DNA of 64,000 bases from an uncultured Hyphomicrobiales bacterium (GCA_964459765.1 CAYWNY010000003.1:12861-76860); one strand, 5' to 3'; positions 20,001-30,212 are shown, counted from the first letter of the stretch. Notes: generated from the sequence alone by a model not told the origin. Numbers and translations: made by a program.

Positions 20001-20126
20001 GTGCAAGTCCGCGATGTAATGACGCGCAACGTTGTGTGCACAGCGTCGACTGAAACTATCGCGACCGGGCTGATACCGTTTTTGTGGTCGCTCAAAAGCA
20101 GCCAATACGACGATCTCGAAAGCTGA
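20001..20126 (+). pseudogene. Remnant of a CBS-domain protein gene (first ~23 codons only)
   Basis: The GTG at 20001 is preceded by AAGAGGA. The translation VQVRDVMTRNVVCTASTETIATG matches the usual start of single CBS-pair proteins, then diverges and stops after 41 codons. Confidence 0.3.
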
Positions 20127-20133
20127 GCCTCGG

Positions 20134-21672
20134 CTACCGTTTTCCCCATGGGATCCACGACCAGACCCGTTCGTGTCCGTAATAGATCAGTATTTTCGTC
20201 AGCACTTCGGTGACCGCCACCGAGCCGGCGATCTTCGGGCTGCCGGTAATCACGAAAGCAACAACAAAGGTATCGAGGCTGCCGGTCGCGCGCCAGCTCA
20301 CCGCCTTGGCGAGCGACCGCGCATGCGTTTCCGTCCAGCGGGTAAGTTTGCCTTTTGCGGTCGGCAAAACCGCTTCGACGCAGCCCATGCCGACGGTATC
20401 GTACGTTTCCGGATCGATCAGGATGAAGCTTCCGGTGTCTTTGGTTTCGGCGTAGCGGTCGACCGCGATCGGGCGATCGAGTTTGAGCGTGCCCAGGCCG
20501 ATTTCATTCTGCGCAATCGCTTCGGCGTTGATCGAGCGCTGCGTGTCGAGATCGAAGACGCGCACATCCGCTTCGATCTTCGCCGTTACGGTCGTGGTCG
20601 CAAGCTTGAGCAGATAGGTTCGCCCGGGCTTGAGCGCTTCGCTGTGCATCCAGAACACACGCGCAGAAAGCCGATCGGTCATGGTCGGCGCCTGCTCAAG
20701 CCCGACGACGAAGTCGCCGCGCGAGGCATCGATTTGGTCGGCAAAGGTCACCGTGATCGAGCGGCCCGCCGCCGCGCGTTCGAGATCGCCGTCGAAGGTG
20801 GCGATCCGCGCGATCCGCGTGACGCGGCCGGAGGGTAGAATTTTTACCGGCATGCCGGCGCGGACTTCGCCGTGTGTAACTAGGCCGCTATAGCCGCGAA
20901 ACTCGGCATTGGGCCGGCTGACCCATTGAATGGGCAGACGCAACGGCTCCCGATCCGTCGCGTGCGGCGCAGCTTCCGCTTGTTCGAGATGCTGCAGGAG
21001 CGTCGGCCCGCCGTACCACGGCATATGCGGCGAGCGACTGACGATGTTGTCGCCAGTCTTGGCCGCGACCGGGATGGCGACAATCTTCTCGATGCCCAAA
21101 CTCGCCGCAAATCCGCGGAATTGCTTCTCGAGCGCGCGGAACGCGTCTTCCGACCAGCCGACGCGATCCATCTTGTTAACCGTCAGCACAATCTGGCGAA
21201 TGCCGAGCATGGACAGCAGCACGGCATGACGTTTGGTCTGACGGGTCAAACCGTCGTCGCCGCCAAGCAACACCAGTGCGAGATCGGCGACCGACGCGCC
21301 GGTCGCCATGTTGGCGGTGTACTGTTCGTGGCCGGGCGCGTCGATGACGATGAATTTCCGCCGCGCCGTCTCGAAGAAGCGGTAGGCGACGTCGATCGTT
21401 ATCTTCTGCTCGCGCTCGGCGGCAAGGCCGTCCAACAGCAGCGAAAAGTCGAGCTCGCCATTTTGCGTGCCGAATTTTCGTGAATCCACTGCCAGCGCGT
21501 CGAGCTGATCGTCGAACAATTGCTTGGATTCGTAGAGCAGCCGGCCGATCAGCGTCGACTTGCCGTGATCGACAGACCCGCAGGCGATAAAGCGCAGCAG
21601 GCTTTTGCGCCCTTGCTCGCGCAGCAGCACATTGAAATCACGCGCGGCGGGCCGGGCATGGACGTTCATCAA
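20134..21672 (-). CDS. cysN: Sulfate adenylyltransferase subunit 1 (CysN GTPase) fused to a C-terminal DUF2061-like membrane domain; no APS-kinase domain
   Basis: It has the GTPase motifs [14 protein letters not shown] and NKMD, plus EF-Tu-like domains II and III. The last ~65 aa ([26 protein letters not shown]...[21 protein letters not shown]) match the DUF2061 pattern. Confidence 0.88.
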   Translation of the reverse strand: MMNVHARPAARDFNVLLREQGRKSLLRFIACGSVDHGKSTLIGRLLYESKQLFDDQLDALAVDSRKFGTQNGELDFSLLLDGLAAEREQKITIDVAYRFFETARRKFIVIDAPGHEQYTANMATGASVADLALVLLGGDDGLTRQTKRHAVLLSMLGIRQIVLTVNKMDRVGWSEDAFRALEKQFRGFAASLGIEKIVAIPVAAKTGDNIVSRSPHMPWYGGPTLLQHLEQAEAAPHATDREPLRLPIQWVSRPNAEFRGYSGLVTHGEVRAGMPVKILPSGRVTRIARIATFDGDLERAAAGRSITVTFADQIDASRGDFVVGLEQAPTMTDRLSARVFWMHSEALKPGRTYLLKLATTTVTAKIEADVRVFDLDTQRSINAEAIAQNEIGLGTLKLDRPIAVDRYAETKDTGSFILIDPETYDTVGMGCVEAVLPTAKGKLTRWTETHARSLAKAVSWRATGSLDTFVVAFVITGSPKIAGSVAVTEVLTKILIYYGHERVWSWIPWGKR

Positions 21673-22643
21673 AAATAACCTTGCTGTTTTTTGCGTTCCA
21701 TTGATGCGGTGCCGTCGCGATCGATCACGCGCCCGCGCCGCTCCGAGTATGGGCTTGCGAACGCCTCCTGAATGATTTGCGGAACGGTGCTCGCCGTACT
21801 TTCGATGGCGCCGGTCAGCGGATAGCAGCCGAGCGTGCGAAACCGGACCGTCTTGAGTTGCGGACGTTCGCCGGCCTTAAGCGGCAGCCGCTCGTCATCG
21901 ACCATGATAAGCGCGCCGTCACGCTCGACCACCGGACGCGGCGCCGCAAAGTAAAGCGGCACGACGGGAATGCGCTCCTGGTGGATGTAGAACCAGACAT
22001 CGAGCTCGGTCCAATTCGACAGCGGAAAGACCCGGATGCTTTCGCCGCGGCGCTTGCGGCCATTGTAGATCCGCCACGGCTCCGGGCGCTGCCGCTTGGG
22101 ATTCCAAAGATGCTCGGCGGTGCGAAATGAAAACACGCGCTCCTTGGCGCGCGATTTTTCCTCGTCGCGGCGCGCGCCGCCGAAAGCGGCGTCGAAGCGA
22201 TGCTGGTCGAGCGCCTGGCGCAACGCCAGCGTCTTCATCACGTCAGTATGCAGTTCCGATCCGCTGGCGATGGGATTAATGCCGCGCTCCAGACCATCTC
22301 GATTCACATGCACGATCAAATCGAGGTCGAGTTCGCGCACCCGCGCATCGCGAAACGCGATCATCTCGCGAAACTTCCAGGTGGTGTCGATATGCAGCAG
22401 CGGAAACGGCGGCTTCGCCGGATAGAACGCCTTGAGCGCCAGATGCAAGAGCACCGAGGAATCCTTGCCGATCGAATAAAGCATGACCGGATTTTCGGTT
22501 TCGGCCACGGCCTCGCGGATGATGTGGATGCTCTCGGCCTCGAGTTGCTCAAGGTAAGTCAGCGACGGCGCTGCCGGCGCGTCGGCGCCCGCTTGCGCGG
22601 CAGGCTCGGCGTCGTGATCGAGGGTGGGTAAGAGAGCATCCAT
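21669..22643 (-). CDS. cysD: Sulfate adenylyltransferase subunit 2 (CysD)
   Basis: The ATG at 22643 gives MDALLPTL.... It has the PAPS-reductase-fold motif [15 protein letters not shown] and the C-terminal sequence ERKKQQGYF. It overlaps cysN by 4 nt. Confidence 0.93.
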   Translation of the reverse strand: MDALLPTLDHDAEPAAQAGADAPAAPSLTYLEQLEAESIHIIREAVAETENPVMLYSIGKDSSVLLHLALKAFYPAKPPFPLLHIDTTWKFREMIAFRDARVRELDLDLIVHVNRDGLERGINPIASGSELHTDVMKTLALRQALDQHRFDAAFGGARRDEEKSRAKERVFSFRTAEHLWNPKRQRPEPWRIYNGRKRRGESIRVFPLSNWTELDVWFYIHQERIPVVPLYFAAPRPVVERDGALIMVDDERLPLKAGERPQLKTVRFRTLGCYPLTGAIESTASTVPQIIQEAFASPYSERRGRVIDRDGTASMERKKQQGYF

Positions 22644-22669
22644 GATCGGTCCTGACAAATTCTTAGGTT

Positions 22670-23518
22670 TCAGATCTGCGGCGCCGCGCGGACGATGTGA
22701 CCGTCCGCAGCGAAGTGCAGGCCGCATTCTTTCTTCTCGGCCTCTTCCCACCACCATCGTCCGGCGCGTTCGGGCTCCCCTGGCTCAACCGCACGCGTGC
22801 AAGGCGCGCAGCCGATCGAAAGAAAACCACGGTCATGCAGCGCGTTGTAGGGCACGCCGTGGGCCTGCACGAATGCCAGCGTCCGTTCGCGCGTCCAGTC
22901 GAACAACGGGTTGGCCTTGATCAGGCCGTGCTGCGCGTCGAACGAAACCGCAGCGAAGCGCGCGCGGTCGGCGGATTGATCGGCGCGAATGCCGGTGATC
23001 CACGCGGCGCTATCCCTGAGCGCGCGGGCAAGCGGCGCAACCTTGCGTACCGCGCAGCATTCCCGGCGCGCGGCGACGGAGGCACGGAATCCATCGATGC
23101 CTTGCCGGCCAACCAAAGCTTCGACGCTGGCGTGGTGCGGCGTGAAGGCGCGGATGCGGGTTGCATAGCGGCGTTCGGTCGCCGCCCACACCGCATGCGT
23201 TTCGGGAAAAAGCCGTCCGGTGTCGAGCGTCACGACATCGATCGCCAGCGCCCGTGCAAATATCGCATGTGCAATGGCCTGATCCTCGAGGCCAAAACTC
23301 GTCGTAAAGGTGATAGGGCCGGCGACCTGATCGCGGACGGCAGCCAGGCGGCCGAACAAGTCGCGTGTGCCAAACGTGAGCGCTAAAGCGGTTGCGACGT
23401 CCGCCGCGTTCGCTTGGGCGGTCGCTAGGTTGACGGCTTCGGGAACGGCAGTGGTTTCGGCGACGGGATCGCCACGAAGCGCCGGGGGCGCGGCGCTCGA
23501 CTGCACAATTTCGGACAT
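22670..23518 (-). CDS. cysH: Assimilatory adenylyl-sulfate (APS)/PAPS reductase CysH, Fe-S type
   Basis: It has the ECGLH C-terminal motif and the cysteine pairs RRECCAVRK and GCAPCT, which are characteristic of 4Fe-4S APS reductases. The start is taken at MSEIVQ..., placed by ORF-track arithmetic. My own base count there differs by 1 nt. Confidence 0.85.
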   Translation of the reverse strand: MSEIVQSSAAPPALRGDPVAETTAVPEAVNLATAQANAADVATALALTFGTRDLFGRLAAVRDQVAGPITFTTSFGLEDQAIAHAIFARALAIDVVTLDTGRLFPETHAVWAATERRYATRIRAFTPHHASVEALVGRQGIDGFRASVAARRECCAVRKVAPLARALRDSAAWITGIRADQSADRARFAAVSFDAQHGLIKANPLFDWTRERTLAFVQAHGVPYNALHDRGFLSIGCAPCTRAVEPGEPERAGRWWWEEAEKKECGLHFAADGHIVRAAPQI

Positions 23519-23562
23519 TTTAGAGAGGGCCCTCACAGCAACTTGAGCCCACCATGTAGAAT

Positions 23563-23588
23563 CAAAAACAAAGGCCGCCAAGCCTTTG
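23563..23588 (-). terminator. Rho-independent terminator downstream of the Pat-like gene
   Basis: The minus strand reads CAAAGGC-TTGGCG-GCCTTTG followed by TTTTTGAT, a 7-bp stem plus a U tract about 90 nt after the stop at 23677. Confidence 0.5.
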
Positions 23589-23676
23589 GCAAGGAAAGAA
23601 ATTTCCTTCCGCGTCGCATGCGCGGGACAGATTTCAATTTCAACTTTTGACCCAAAAGCGGAACAGGAGCTTGCGC

Positions 23677-26370
23677 CTAGAGCTGCAGGCTTACCGGCGC
23701 CGTCGAAGGATCCTCCGGGTCGGATCCGATCTGAAAGCCGAGCTCGCGGCACATCTCAAGCATACCGGCGTTTTCGTGCAGCACCTGTCCATGCATGGAA
23801 CGCAGTCCCTCGGCCCGGGCGTATTCGATGATCAATTGCATCAGCGCCCAGCCAAGCCCCCGCCCCTGCTGATCGGAGCGCACCAGGACCGCGTATTCGC
23901 CGCTCTCGTAGTTCGCGTCGGAATGCAGGCGCGCCACCCCGAGCATGGCGCCGGTTGCCTCGTCGACGGCGATTAACGCCATGGCCCGCGCGTAATCGAT
24001 TTGCGTAAAGCGCGCGATGAAGGCGTGCCCGAAACTCTTCACCGGCGCGAAAAACCGTAAGCGCAGATCGTCCTGCGTGACCGCGGCGAAGAATGCCGGA
24101 TAGAGCGGCTCGTCCTCCGGTCGGACCGGGCGAACGAAAACTGAGCCGCCGTCGCGCAAAGTCACGTGTCGCTCCCATTCGGTCGGATAGGGCCGGATGG
24201 CGAAGCGCGGATTGCCGCGCCGCCCGCGCGACACGCCGTCGACCGGAGCGATCAACATGCGCGCGTCCACGGCGATGACGCCGGTCTCGTCGGCGAGCAC
24301 CGGATTGAGGTCGATTTCGCGGACTTCCGGAAAATCCGCCACCAATTGCGATAGCTTCACCAATACCAGTTCGATCGCCCGCTCGTCGGCCGCCGGCACG
24401 TTGCGGTAAGCCTTCAAGATGCGCGACACGCGGGTGCGCGCGATCAACCGGCCGGCCAATTCGAGGTCGAGCGGCGGCAGGGCCAGCGCCTTATCGCTGA
24501 TCACTTCGACCGCCGTGCCGCCCTGCCCGAAGACGATCACCGGACCGAAGGTCGGGTCGTCGGCAACGCCGATAATCAGCTCGCGCGCCTTCGGCAGCAC
24601 GATCATCGGGAACACCGCGACGCCGGCAATGCGCGCGTTCGGCCGCGCTATCCGCGCTTTTTGCAAAATGTCAGCGGCAGCCTCGCGGACGGCCCGCTCA
24701 CTGGTGAGATTGAGCCGCACACCGCCGATCTCCGACTTGTGAATAATGTCAGGCGACTGGATTTTTAGGACGACGGGGGTGCCTTGGCCCAGAAACACTT
24801 TCGCCGCTGCCACCGCCTCGTCGGCGTTGCGCGCGAGCACCGCAGGCGTCATCGCAATTCCATAGGCGGAGAACAATGCCGACAGCTCGATCGGGTCGAG
24901 CCAAGTCCGCTTGTCGCGCAGCACCCCGTCGATCACCGTCCGCGCGGCGGCGACATCAGGCGAGAAATCCTTCGGCAAACTCGGCGGCGTCGCCATCAGC
25001 TGCTCCCGCGCTTGCCGGTAGCGCACCAGATGCGTGAAGCCAAAGACCGCACCCGTTTCCGTCGCATAACTCGGAATGCCGGCGGTGGCGAACGCGCCGT
25101 CAGCGGCATCGGCTTGCCCGATCCACATGGCAAAGACCGGCTTGGGCGGAAAATATTTTTTGCGTTCGCGCTCGACGACCCCCACCACCGCTTTCGCCGC
25201 GTCGGCCGCAGAAGCCAGCGCGGTCGGTACGTTCATCACCAGCACCGCATCGTTGGCTTTGTCTTGCAGCAGTAATTCTAGTGCCTTGGTGTATCGGGCA
25301 TCGTCGGCGTCGCCAGCGATATCGACCGGATTGGCGCGTGACCAGATCGGCGGTAACGCCGCGTCAAGCTTCTGGAAGGTCTCCGGCGAGATCGCGGCGA
25401 GTTCGCCGCCGAGATCGACCAGACGATCCACCGCCAGCACGCCGACCCCGCCGCCGTTGGTCAGAACCGCAAGCCGGTTGCCGCCAAGCGCAGTGAGCCG
25501 GCTGAGCGTTTCCGCAGCCGCAAACAATTCGTCGAGATCGATGACGCGCAGCAGCCCGGCACGCCAGAATGCCGCGTCGTAAACCGCATCAGAACCGGCG
25601 AGCGCTCCCGTATGGGTCAGCGCAGCCTTGGCGCCCTGCGCGTGCCGCCCCGATTTGATCACCAGCACCGGCTTGGCACGCGCCGCCGCGCGCGCCGCCG
25701 ACATGAATTTGCGCGCATCGCGGATCGATTCGACATAAAGCAGGATCGCGCGGGTAAAGCGATCCAGCGCGAAATAATCGAGCAGGTCGGCAAAATCCAC
25801 GTCGATGCTGTCGCCGATCGAAACGATCGCGGAAAAGCCGACGCTGCGTGCGGTCGCCCATTCCGCCAAGGCGGTGGCAATGGCGCCGGATTGCGAAATC
25901 ACGGCAAGATCGCCGGCGGGCGGCGCTGAAGCGGTAAAGCTGGCGTTGAGCTTGGCGCGCGGCACGAGGACGCCGATGCAATTCGGGCCGATCAAGCGCA
26001 GTCCGGCCGCGCGCGCTTCGTTAGCGCTTTGCGCGGCGAGCGAGCCCGGCCCGTGTCCGAGCCCGGCGGTGACAATGATGCCGCCCGCCGTTCCTTTGCG
26101 CGCCGCTGCGGCGACCGTTCCGGGCACGTCTGCCGGCGGCACGGCGATGACGGCGAGCTCCGGCGTTTCGGGCAATGCGTCGTAGCTTTTGACGGCGCGG
26201 ATGCCTTCAATCTCGTCGTAGCGCGGATTGACGAGATAGACCGGGCCAGGAAAGCCGGACCGGCGCAGATTTTCGATCACCGCCCGCCCGGTGGACGTTT
26301 TGCGCGGCGAGGCACCGACCACAGCCACGGATCGCGGCGCGAACAGGTTGTCCAGGCGATAGGTTGACAT
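23677..26370 (-). CDS. Pat/YfiQ-like protein lysine acetyltransferase (NDP-forming acyl-CoA synthetase-like domains + C-terminal GNAT)
   Basis: 897 aa with an N-terminal CoA-binding domain (VAVVGASPRK...), succinyl-CoA-synthetase-like and ATP-grasp regions, and a C-terminal GNAT (QQGRGLGWALMQLIIEYA). Confidence 0.85.
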   Translation of the reverse strand: MSTYRLDNLFAPRSVAVVGASPRKTSTGRAVIENLRRSGFPGPVYLVNPRYDEIEGIRAVKSYDALPETPELAVIAVPPADVPGTVAAAARKGTAGGIIVTAGLGHGPGSLAAQSANEARAAGLRLIGPNCIGVLVPRAKLNASFTASAPPAGDLAVISQSGAIATALAEWATARSVGFSAIVSIGDSIDVDFADLLDYFALDRFTRAILLYVESIRDARKFMSAARAAARAKPVLVIKSGRHAQGAKAALTHTGALAGSDAVYDAAFWRAGLLRVIDLDELFAAAETLSRLTALGGNRLAVLTNGGGVGVLAVDRLVDLGGELAAISPETFQKLDAALPPIWSRANPVDIAGDADDARYTKALELLLQDKANDAVLVMNVPTALASAADAAKAVVGVVERERKKYFPPKPVFAMWIGQADAADGAFATAGIPSYATETGAVFGFTHLVRYRQAREQLMATPPSLPKDFSPDVAAARTVIDGVLRDKRTWLDPIELSALFSAYGIAMTPAVLARNADEAVAAAKVFLGQGTPVVLKIQSPDIIHKSEIGGVRLNLTSERAVREAAADILQKARIARPNARIAGVAVFPMIVLPKARELIIGVADDPTFGPVIVFGQGGTAVEVISDKALALPPLDLELAGRLIARTRVSRILKAYRNVPAADERAIELVLVKLSQLVADFPEVREIDLNPVLADETGVIAVDARMLIAPVDGVSRGRRGNPRFAIRPYPTEWERHVTLRDGGSVFVRPVRPEDEPLYPAFFAAVTQDDLRLRFFAPVKSFGHAFIARFTQIDYARAMALIAVDEATGAMLGVARLHSDANYESGEYAVLVRSDQQGRGLGWALMQLIIEYARAEGLRSMHGQVLHENAGMLEMCRELGFQIGSDPEDPSTAPVSLQL

Positions 26371-26424
26371 TGATTAACAATCTCGACGGCGCAGCGATTT
26401 TTCGCAAGCCGCCCTGCACCGGCC

Positions 26425-26438
26425 TTGATCCAGATCAA
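26425..26438. promoter_or_regulatory. Perfect FixK/FNR-type box TTGATCCAGATCAA
   Basis: This is an exact TTGAT-N4-ATCAA palindrome in the divergent intergenic region. It lies about 61 nt from the Pat-like ATG (26370, minus strand) and about 70 nt from the small-ORF ATG (26502, plus strand). Confidence 0.75.
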
Positions 26439-26501
26439 AGGTTGCCTGCCGTCGTAACGACATCATGACATCAAAGAGGAGAAACAAAGAGGAGAAAAAC
26501 C

Positions 26502-26684
26502 ATGCCGGTTTTTGATGCACTTATCGTCGCTGCCATTGTCGCGTTCTTTGTCATCTTCGGCGCTGTGTTGGCCTGGGCCGAACGTCAAACCCGCAATCCG
26601 ACGCCGACGCCGCGGCCCACGGTCGCGCCGGCAACGGATGATACGCATTCGACCGTGACGCCACTGCGCAAAGAGGCCGCTTGA
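26502..26684 (+). CDS. Small single-pass membrane protein (60 aa), hypothetical
   Basis: The TM helix in MPVFDALIVAAIVAFFVIFGAVLAWA is followed by a Pro/Thr-rich tail. A very strong, tandemly duplicated SD (CAAAGAGGAGAAA x2, 26472-26497) precedes it, and a FixK box lies upstream. Confidence 0.55.
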   Translation: MPVFDALIVAAIVAFFVIFGAVLAWAERQTRNPTPTPRPTVAPATDDTHSTVTPLRKEAA

Positions 26685-26721
26685 ACTAATCGATCCGGCC
26701 GCGCCAGCGGCCGGCTTGCGC

Positions 26722-27705
26722 TCACGGTACGAGGACGGCGGCGCCCTGCAACCGCCCGGCCCGCAGATCCGAAAGCGCCTCGTTGGCGCGGACGAGCGCA
26801 TAGGGCATTGTTTGCGTCACAATGCCGGCTTTCGGCACCACGCTGAAAAACTCCTCGCCGTCGGCGCGCGTCAGATTGGCGACGGAGAGAACTTCGCGCT
26901 CCTCCCAAAGGATGCAATAGGGAAAGCTCGGAATATCGCTCATGTGAATGCCGGCGCAGACCACGCGCCCGCCCTTGCGCACGGCGCGCAGCGCCGCCGG
27001 CACCAGCGCGCCGACCGGCGCATATATAATGGCGCAGTCCAGTTCGTCCGGCGGCTTGTCGTCGGAACTGCCGGCCCAACGGGCGCCGAGCTTCCGGGCG
27101 AAGGTTTGCGCCGCAGTATCGCCTTCGCGGGTGAAGGCGAACACCTCACGGCCTTGCCAGCGCGCCACCTGCGCGATGATGTGCGCCGCGGCGCCAAATC
27201 CAAAAAGCCCGATGTTCTTGCCATCGCCGGCCATGCGCAGCGAACGCCAGCCGATCAAGCCGGCGCATAACAGCGGTGCGCTCGCCACAGCGTCGCTGCC
27301 TTCCGGCAATCGAAAAACAAACCGCGCATCGGCGACGGTGTGCGTGGCGTAGCCGCCGTCGCGGGTATAGCCGGTGAAAAGCGGATGGTCGCAGAGATTT
27401 TCCCGGCCGGCGCGGCAATAGCGACAGCGCCCGCAGGTCTGGCCGAGCCACGGAATACCGACGCGCATACCAACGGCGAGTTGATCAACTCCACCGCCGA
27501 CCAAATCAACGCGACCGACGATTTCGTGACCGGGAATGATCGGGAGTTTCGGATCCGGCAGTTCGCCGTCGACGACATGAAGATCGGTGCGGCAAACGCC
27601 GCAGGCCTCGACGCGGACGCGCACTTGACCCGGCGCGGGCACCGGATCAGGCCGCTGGACAAGTTTCAGTTGCTCTCCCGGCCGCTCCAGAACCATCGCT
27701 CGCAT
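26722..27705 (-). CDS. Zinc-dependent alcohol dehydrogenase (MDR family)
   Basis: 327 aa with the Zn motifs CGVCRTDLH and GHEIVG, a structural-Zn Cys cluster (CGRCRYCRAGRENLC) and a Rossmann GLFGFGAAAH. Confidence 0.88.
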   Translation of the reverse strand: MRAMVLERPGEQLKLVQRPDPVPAPGQVRVRVEACGVCRTDLHVVDGELPDPKLPIIPGHEIVGRVDLVGGGVDQLAVGMRVGIPWLGQTCGRCRYCRAGRENLCDHPLFTGYTRDGGYATHTVADARFVFRLPEGSDAVASAPLLCAGLIGWRSLRMAGDGKNIGLFGFGAAAHIIAQVARWQGREVFAFTREGDTAAQTFARKLGARWAGSSDDKPPDELDCAIIYAPVGALVPAALRAVRKGGRVVCAGIHMSDIPSFPYCILWEEREVLSVANLTRADGEEFFSVVPKAGIVTQTMPYALVRANEALSDLRAGRLQGAAVLVP

Positions 27706-27741
27706 GGCTTTGGCATCTCCGGCTACGCCGCCCTAGGCCAT

Positions 27742-28383
27742 TCATTCCATAAGCACATAGGTGCCCGGCGCATCGTCGAGCGGCGGATAACCCGCCGCGC
27801 CCATCGCCGGCGGCGACACCGGCGCGCCTGAATGCCGCTCGAGCCAGCCCATCCACGCCGGCCACCACGAGCCATCTTTGATCTGCGCTTCCGCATAGAA
27901 GTGATCCGGATCGTGGAAGTGGCCATTGGCACCCATGGCGGCGATGCGGAAGCTGCGGTTTGGATGACCGGGCTCCGACACGATGCCGGCGTTGTGACCG
28001 CCGGCCGTGAGCACAAAAGTCACTTCCGATTCCACTTGCAGATTGATCTTGTAAACCGACCGCCACGGCGCGACGTGATCGCGTTCGGTGCCGACGGCGA
28101 ACATCGGCACGTGAATGTCGGTGAGCGCCACCGGGCCGTCGCCGGCCATGAAATGGCCTTCGGAAAGATCGTTGCCGAGAAACAGGTCGCGCAAATATTC
28201 GGAATGCATGCGATAGGGCAAGCGCGTGGCATCGACGTTCCACGCCATCAGGTCGTTCATCGGCTGCCGTTCACCAAGAAAATAATCATGGACGAGGCGC
28301 GACCAAACGAGATCGTTCGAGCGCAGCATCTGAAACGCGCCCGCCATCTGCCGGCTGTCGAGAAAGCCCTGTTCCCACATCAT
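27742..28383 (-). pseudogene. 3' remnant of a class I poly(3-hydroxyalkanoate) synthase (PhaC) gene
   Basis: The 213 aa (FLDSRQMAGAFQMLRSNDLVWSRLVHDYFLG...VGTERDHVAPW...TAGGHNAGIV) cover only the C-terminal third, which holds the Asp and His of the catalytic triad. The Cys-box and N-terminal ~350 aa are absent, and the next gene starts about 150 nt upstream. Confidence 0.7.
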
Positions 28384-28530
28384 GTCTTCGAGGAAGGCGA
28401 TCTGGCGGGACGGCCGGTCGCAGCGCCGGTAGTGCCGGCGTCAGACCCGGTGCCGAGGTCAATTCTTCGAGTTTTTGTTCGGGATCGCCCATCGTTTTAC
28501 TTCCAGCTGCGAAAATCGTTGATAGGACCG

Positions 28531-28977
28531 TCAGCCGACCAGGTGTTTTTCGATGTCCCAGACCGGGTGCTTGGTCAAATCCTTGCCGACTTCGGCAATG
28601 ATGCGGCTCTTTACGTCGGCGTGAAAGACGTGGCGCAGTTCGGCAAGCGTGCGTGGCGGCGCCACCACGACGATGGCCTTCGCCCCGCCGCCCTGCACCA
28701 GCTTTTCGAGTGCCGCCGCGACGTGATCGGCAAAGACGTTCTTTTCAAGCCGGTGCCAGTCGGTCGTCTCCACGCTGCTGCGCGCAGATCCTACGCTCTG
28801 AAACGCGCGGCCGGGCCGGTCGGTGCCTTGATCGTGCGTCGGCGGATCAGCTTCGGCAAAAACCCGCTCCACCCGCAGGTTGGGAAACTTGCTGTCGCCC
28901 TTGTTGCGCAGGAACAGGGCCTTTTGTCCGTCACCGACAAAAACCAATGCGTCTTGCGGAATACTGAGCTTATCCAT
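28531..28977 (-). CDS. Host-attachment family protein (Pfam Host_attach-like; bacterial eRF1-like fold family)
   Basis: 148 aa. MDKLSIPQDALVFVGDGQKALFLRNKGD...VVVAPPRTLAELRHVFHADVKSRIIAEVGKDLTKHPVWDIEKHL closely follows the pattern of proteins annotated as host attachment protein in rhizobia. Confidence 0.75.
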   Translation of the reverse strand: MDKLSIPQDALVFVGDGQKALFLRNKGDSKFPNLRVERVFAEADPPTHDQGTDRPGRAFQSVGSARSSVETTDWHRLEKNVFADHVAAALEKLVQGGGAKAIVVVAPPRTLAELRHVFHADVKSRIIAEVGKDLTKHPVWDIEKHLVG

Positions 28978-29077
28978 GCGTCACCTTAACCTGCTGGCAA
29001 ATGCCCAATCAGCATTCATTTGAAAGCGCGGTGTGTCGATCTCGTGACCGCGCAGGAGTTATGTGCACCCGTTTGCA

Positions 29078-30118
29078 TTATTCGGCTTCGATCAACACCT
29101 TGAGCGCGTGCGTGCTCGCGGCATGGCCGAACGTATCGTAGGCGTCGATAATCTGGTCGAGCTTGAAACGATGCGTGATCAGCCGCGTGGGATCGATCTT
29201 GCCGGATTGTACCGTCTTCAACAGCATCGGCGTAGTCACCGTATCGACCAGCCGGGTGGTGATGACGATGTTCTGCGACCACAGGCGCTCGAGATGCAGG
29301 TCGACCTTGATGCCATGCACGCCGACGTTGGCGATGGTGCCACCGGGCGCGATGATGTTTTCGCACAGTACGAATGTGTCCGGAATACCGACGGCCTCTA
29401 TCGCGGTGTCAACGCCACGCCCGCCTGTCATCTGCATGACCGTGTCGGCGGCCTTGCCGTCTTTGCTGTTGATCGCGGCCGTGGCGCCAAAACGTTTGGC
29501 CGTCTCAAGCCGATAGTCGTCAATATCGATCATGATGATTTCGGCTGGGGAGTAGAACTGGGCTGTCAACAGCGCGGCAAGCCCGATCGGGCCGGCGCCG
29601 ACGATGGCGACGGTGTCGCCTGGCTGCACCTTGCCGTTGAGCACGCCGCATTCGAAGCCGGTCGGCAAAATATCACTCAACATCACGAGAGCGTCTTCCG
29701 CCGCCCCTTCCGGCACGTGGTAGAGACTGGTGTCGGCATACGGCGTGCGCACATATTGTGATTGCGTGCCGTCGATTTCGTTGCCGAGAATCCAACCGCC
29801 GGTCGTGCAATGCGAATACATGCCGCGCCGGCAATATTCGCAGCGGCCGCATGCCGAAATGCAAGAGATCAGAACGTGGTCGTTCGGCCGGAAGGCGGTG
29901 ACACCGGGTCCGATGCTATGCACAACGCCGACGCCTTCGTGGCCGAGGATGCGCCCGGGCTTGCAGGTCGGCACGTCGCCTTTGAGGATGTGCAGATCGG
30001 TGCCGCAGATCGTCGTCTTGATGATTTTTACGATCGCCTCCGTAGGGTCGATGATTGTCGGCATCGGACGGTCTTGTAACGATTTTTTGCCAGGACCCTC
30101 ATATACAAGCGCCTTCAT
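29078..30118 (-). CDS. Zinc-dependent NAD(P) alcohol dehydrogenase (secondary-ADH-like)
   Basis: The ATG at 30118 gives MKALVYEGPGKK.... It has the motifs ICGTDLH and GHEGVG and the Rossmann VAIVGAGPIGL. The product is 346 aa. Confidence 0.88.
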   Translation of the reverse strand: MKALVYEGPGKKSLQDRPMPTIIDPTEAIVKIIKTTICGTDLHILKGDVPTCKPGRILGHEGVGVVHSIGPGVTAFRPNDHVLISCISACGRCEYCRRGMYSHCTTGGWILGNEIDGTQSQYVRTPYADTSLYHVPEGAAEDALVMLSDILPTGFECGVLNGKVQPGDTVAIVGAGPIGLAALLTAQFYSPAEIIMIDIDDYRLETAKRFGATAAINSKDGKAADTVMQMTGGRGVDTAIEAVGIPDTFVLCENIIAPGGTIANVGVHGIKVDLHLERLWSQNIVITTRLVDTVTTPMLLKTVQSGKIDPTRLITHRFKLDQIIDAYDTFGHAASTHALKVLIEAE

Positions 30119-30212
30119 GTGAGCCTCGATGACCTGCTGTTGTGGCAGACGCGCTGACGCGCTGCGACCGGAAAGCATAAAATTGATGATAGTCGTTCTG
30201 GCGGCCTGCTCC

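Noticed and set aside
23590-23610. A hairpin AAGGAAA-GAAA-TTTCCTT upstream of cysH.
   Set aside because: The stem is short and AT-rich with no U tract or known motif. It probably belongs to the terminator region of the Pat-like gene, which was called separately at 23563-23588.
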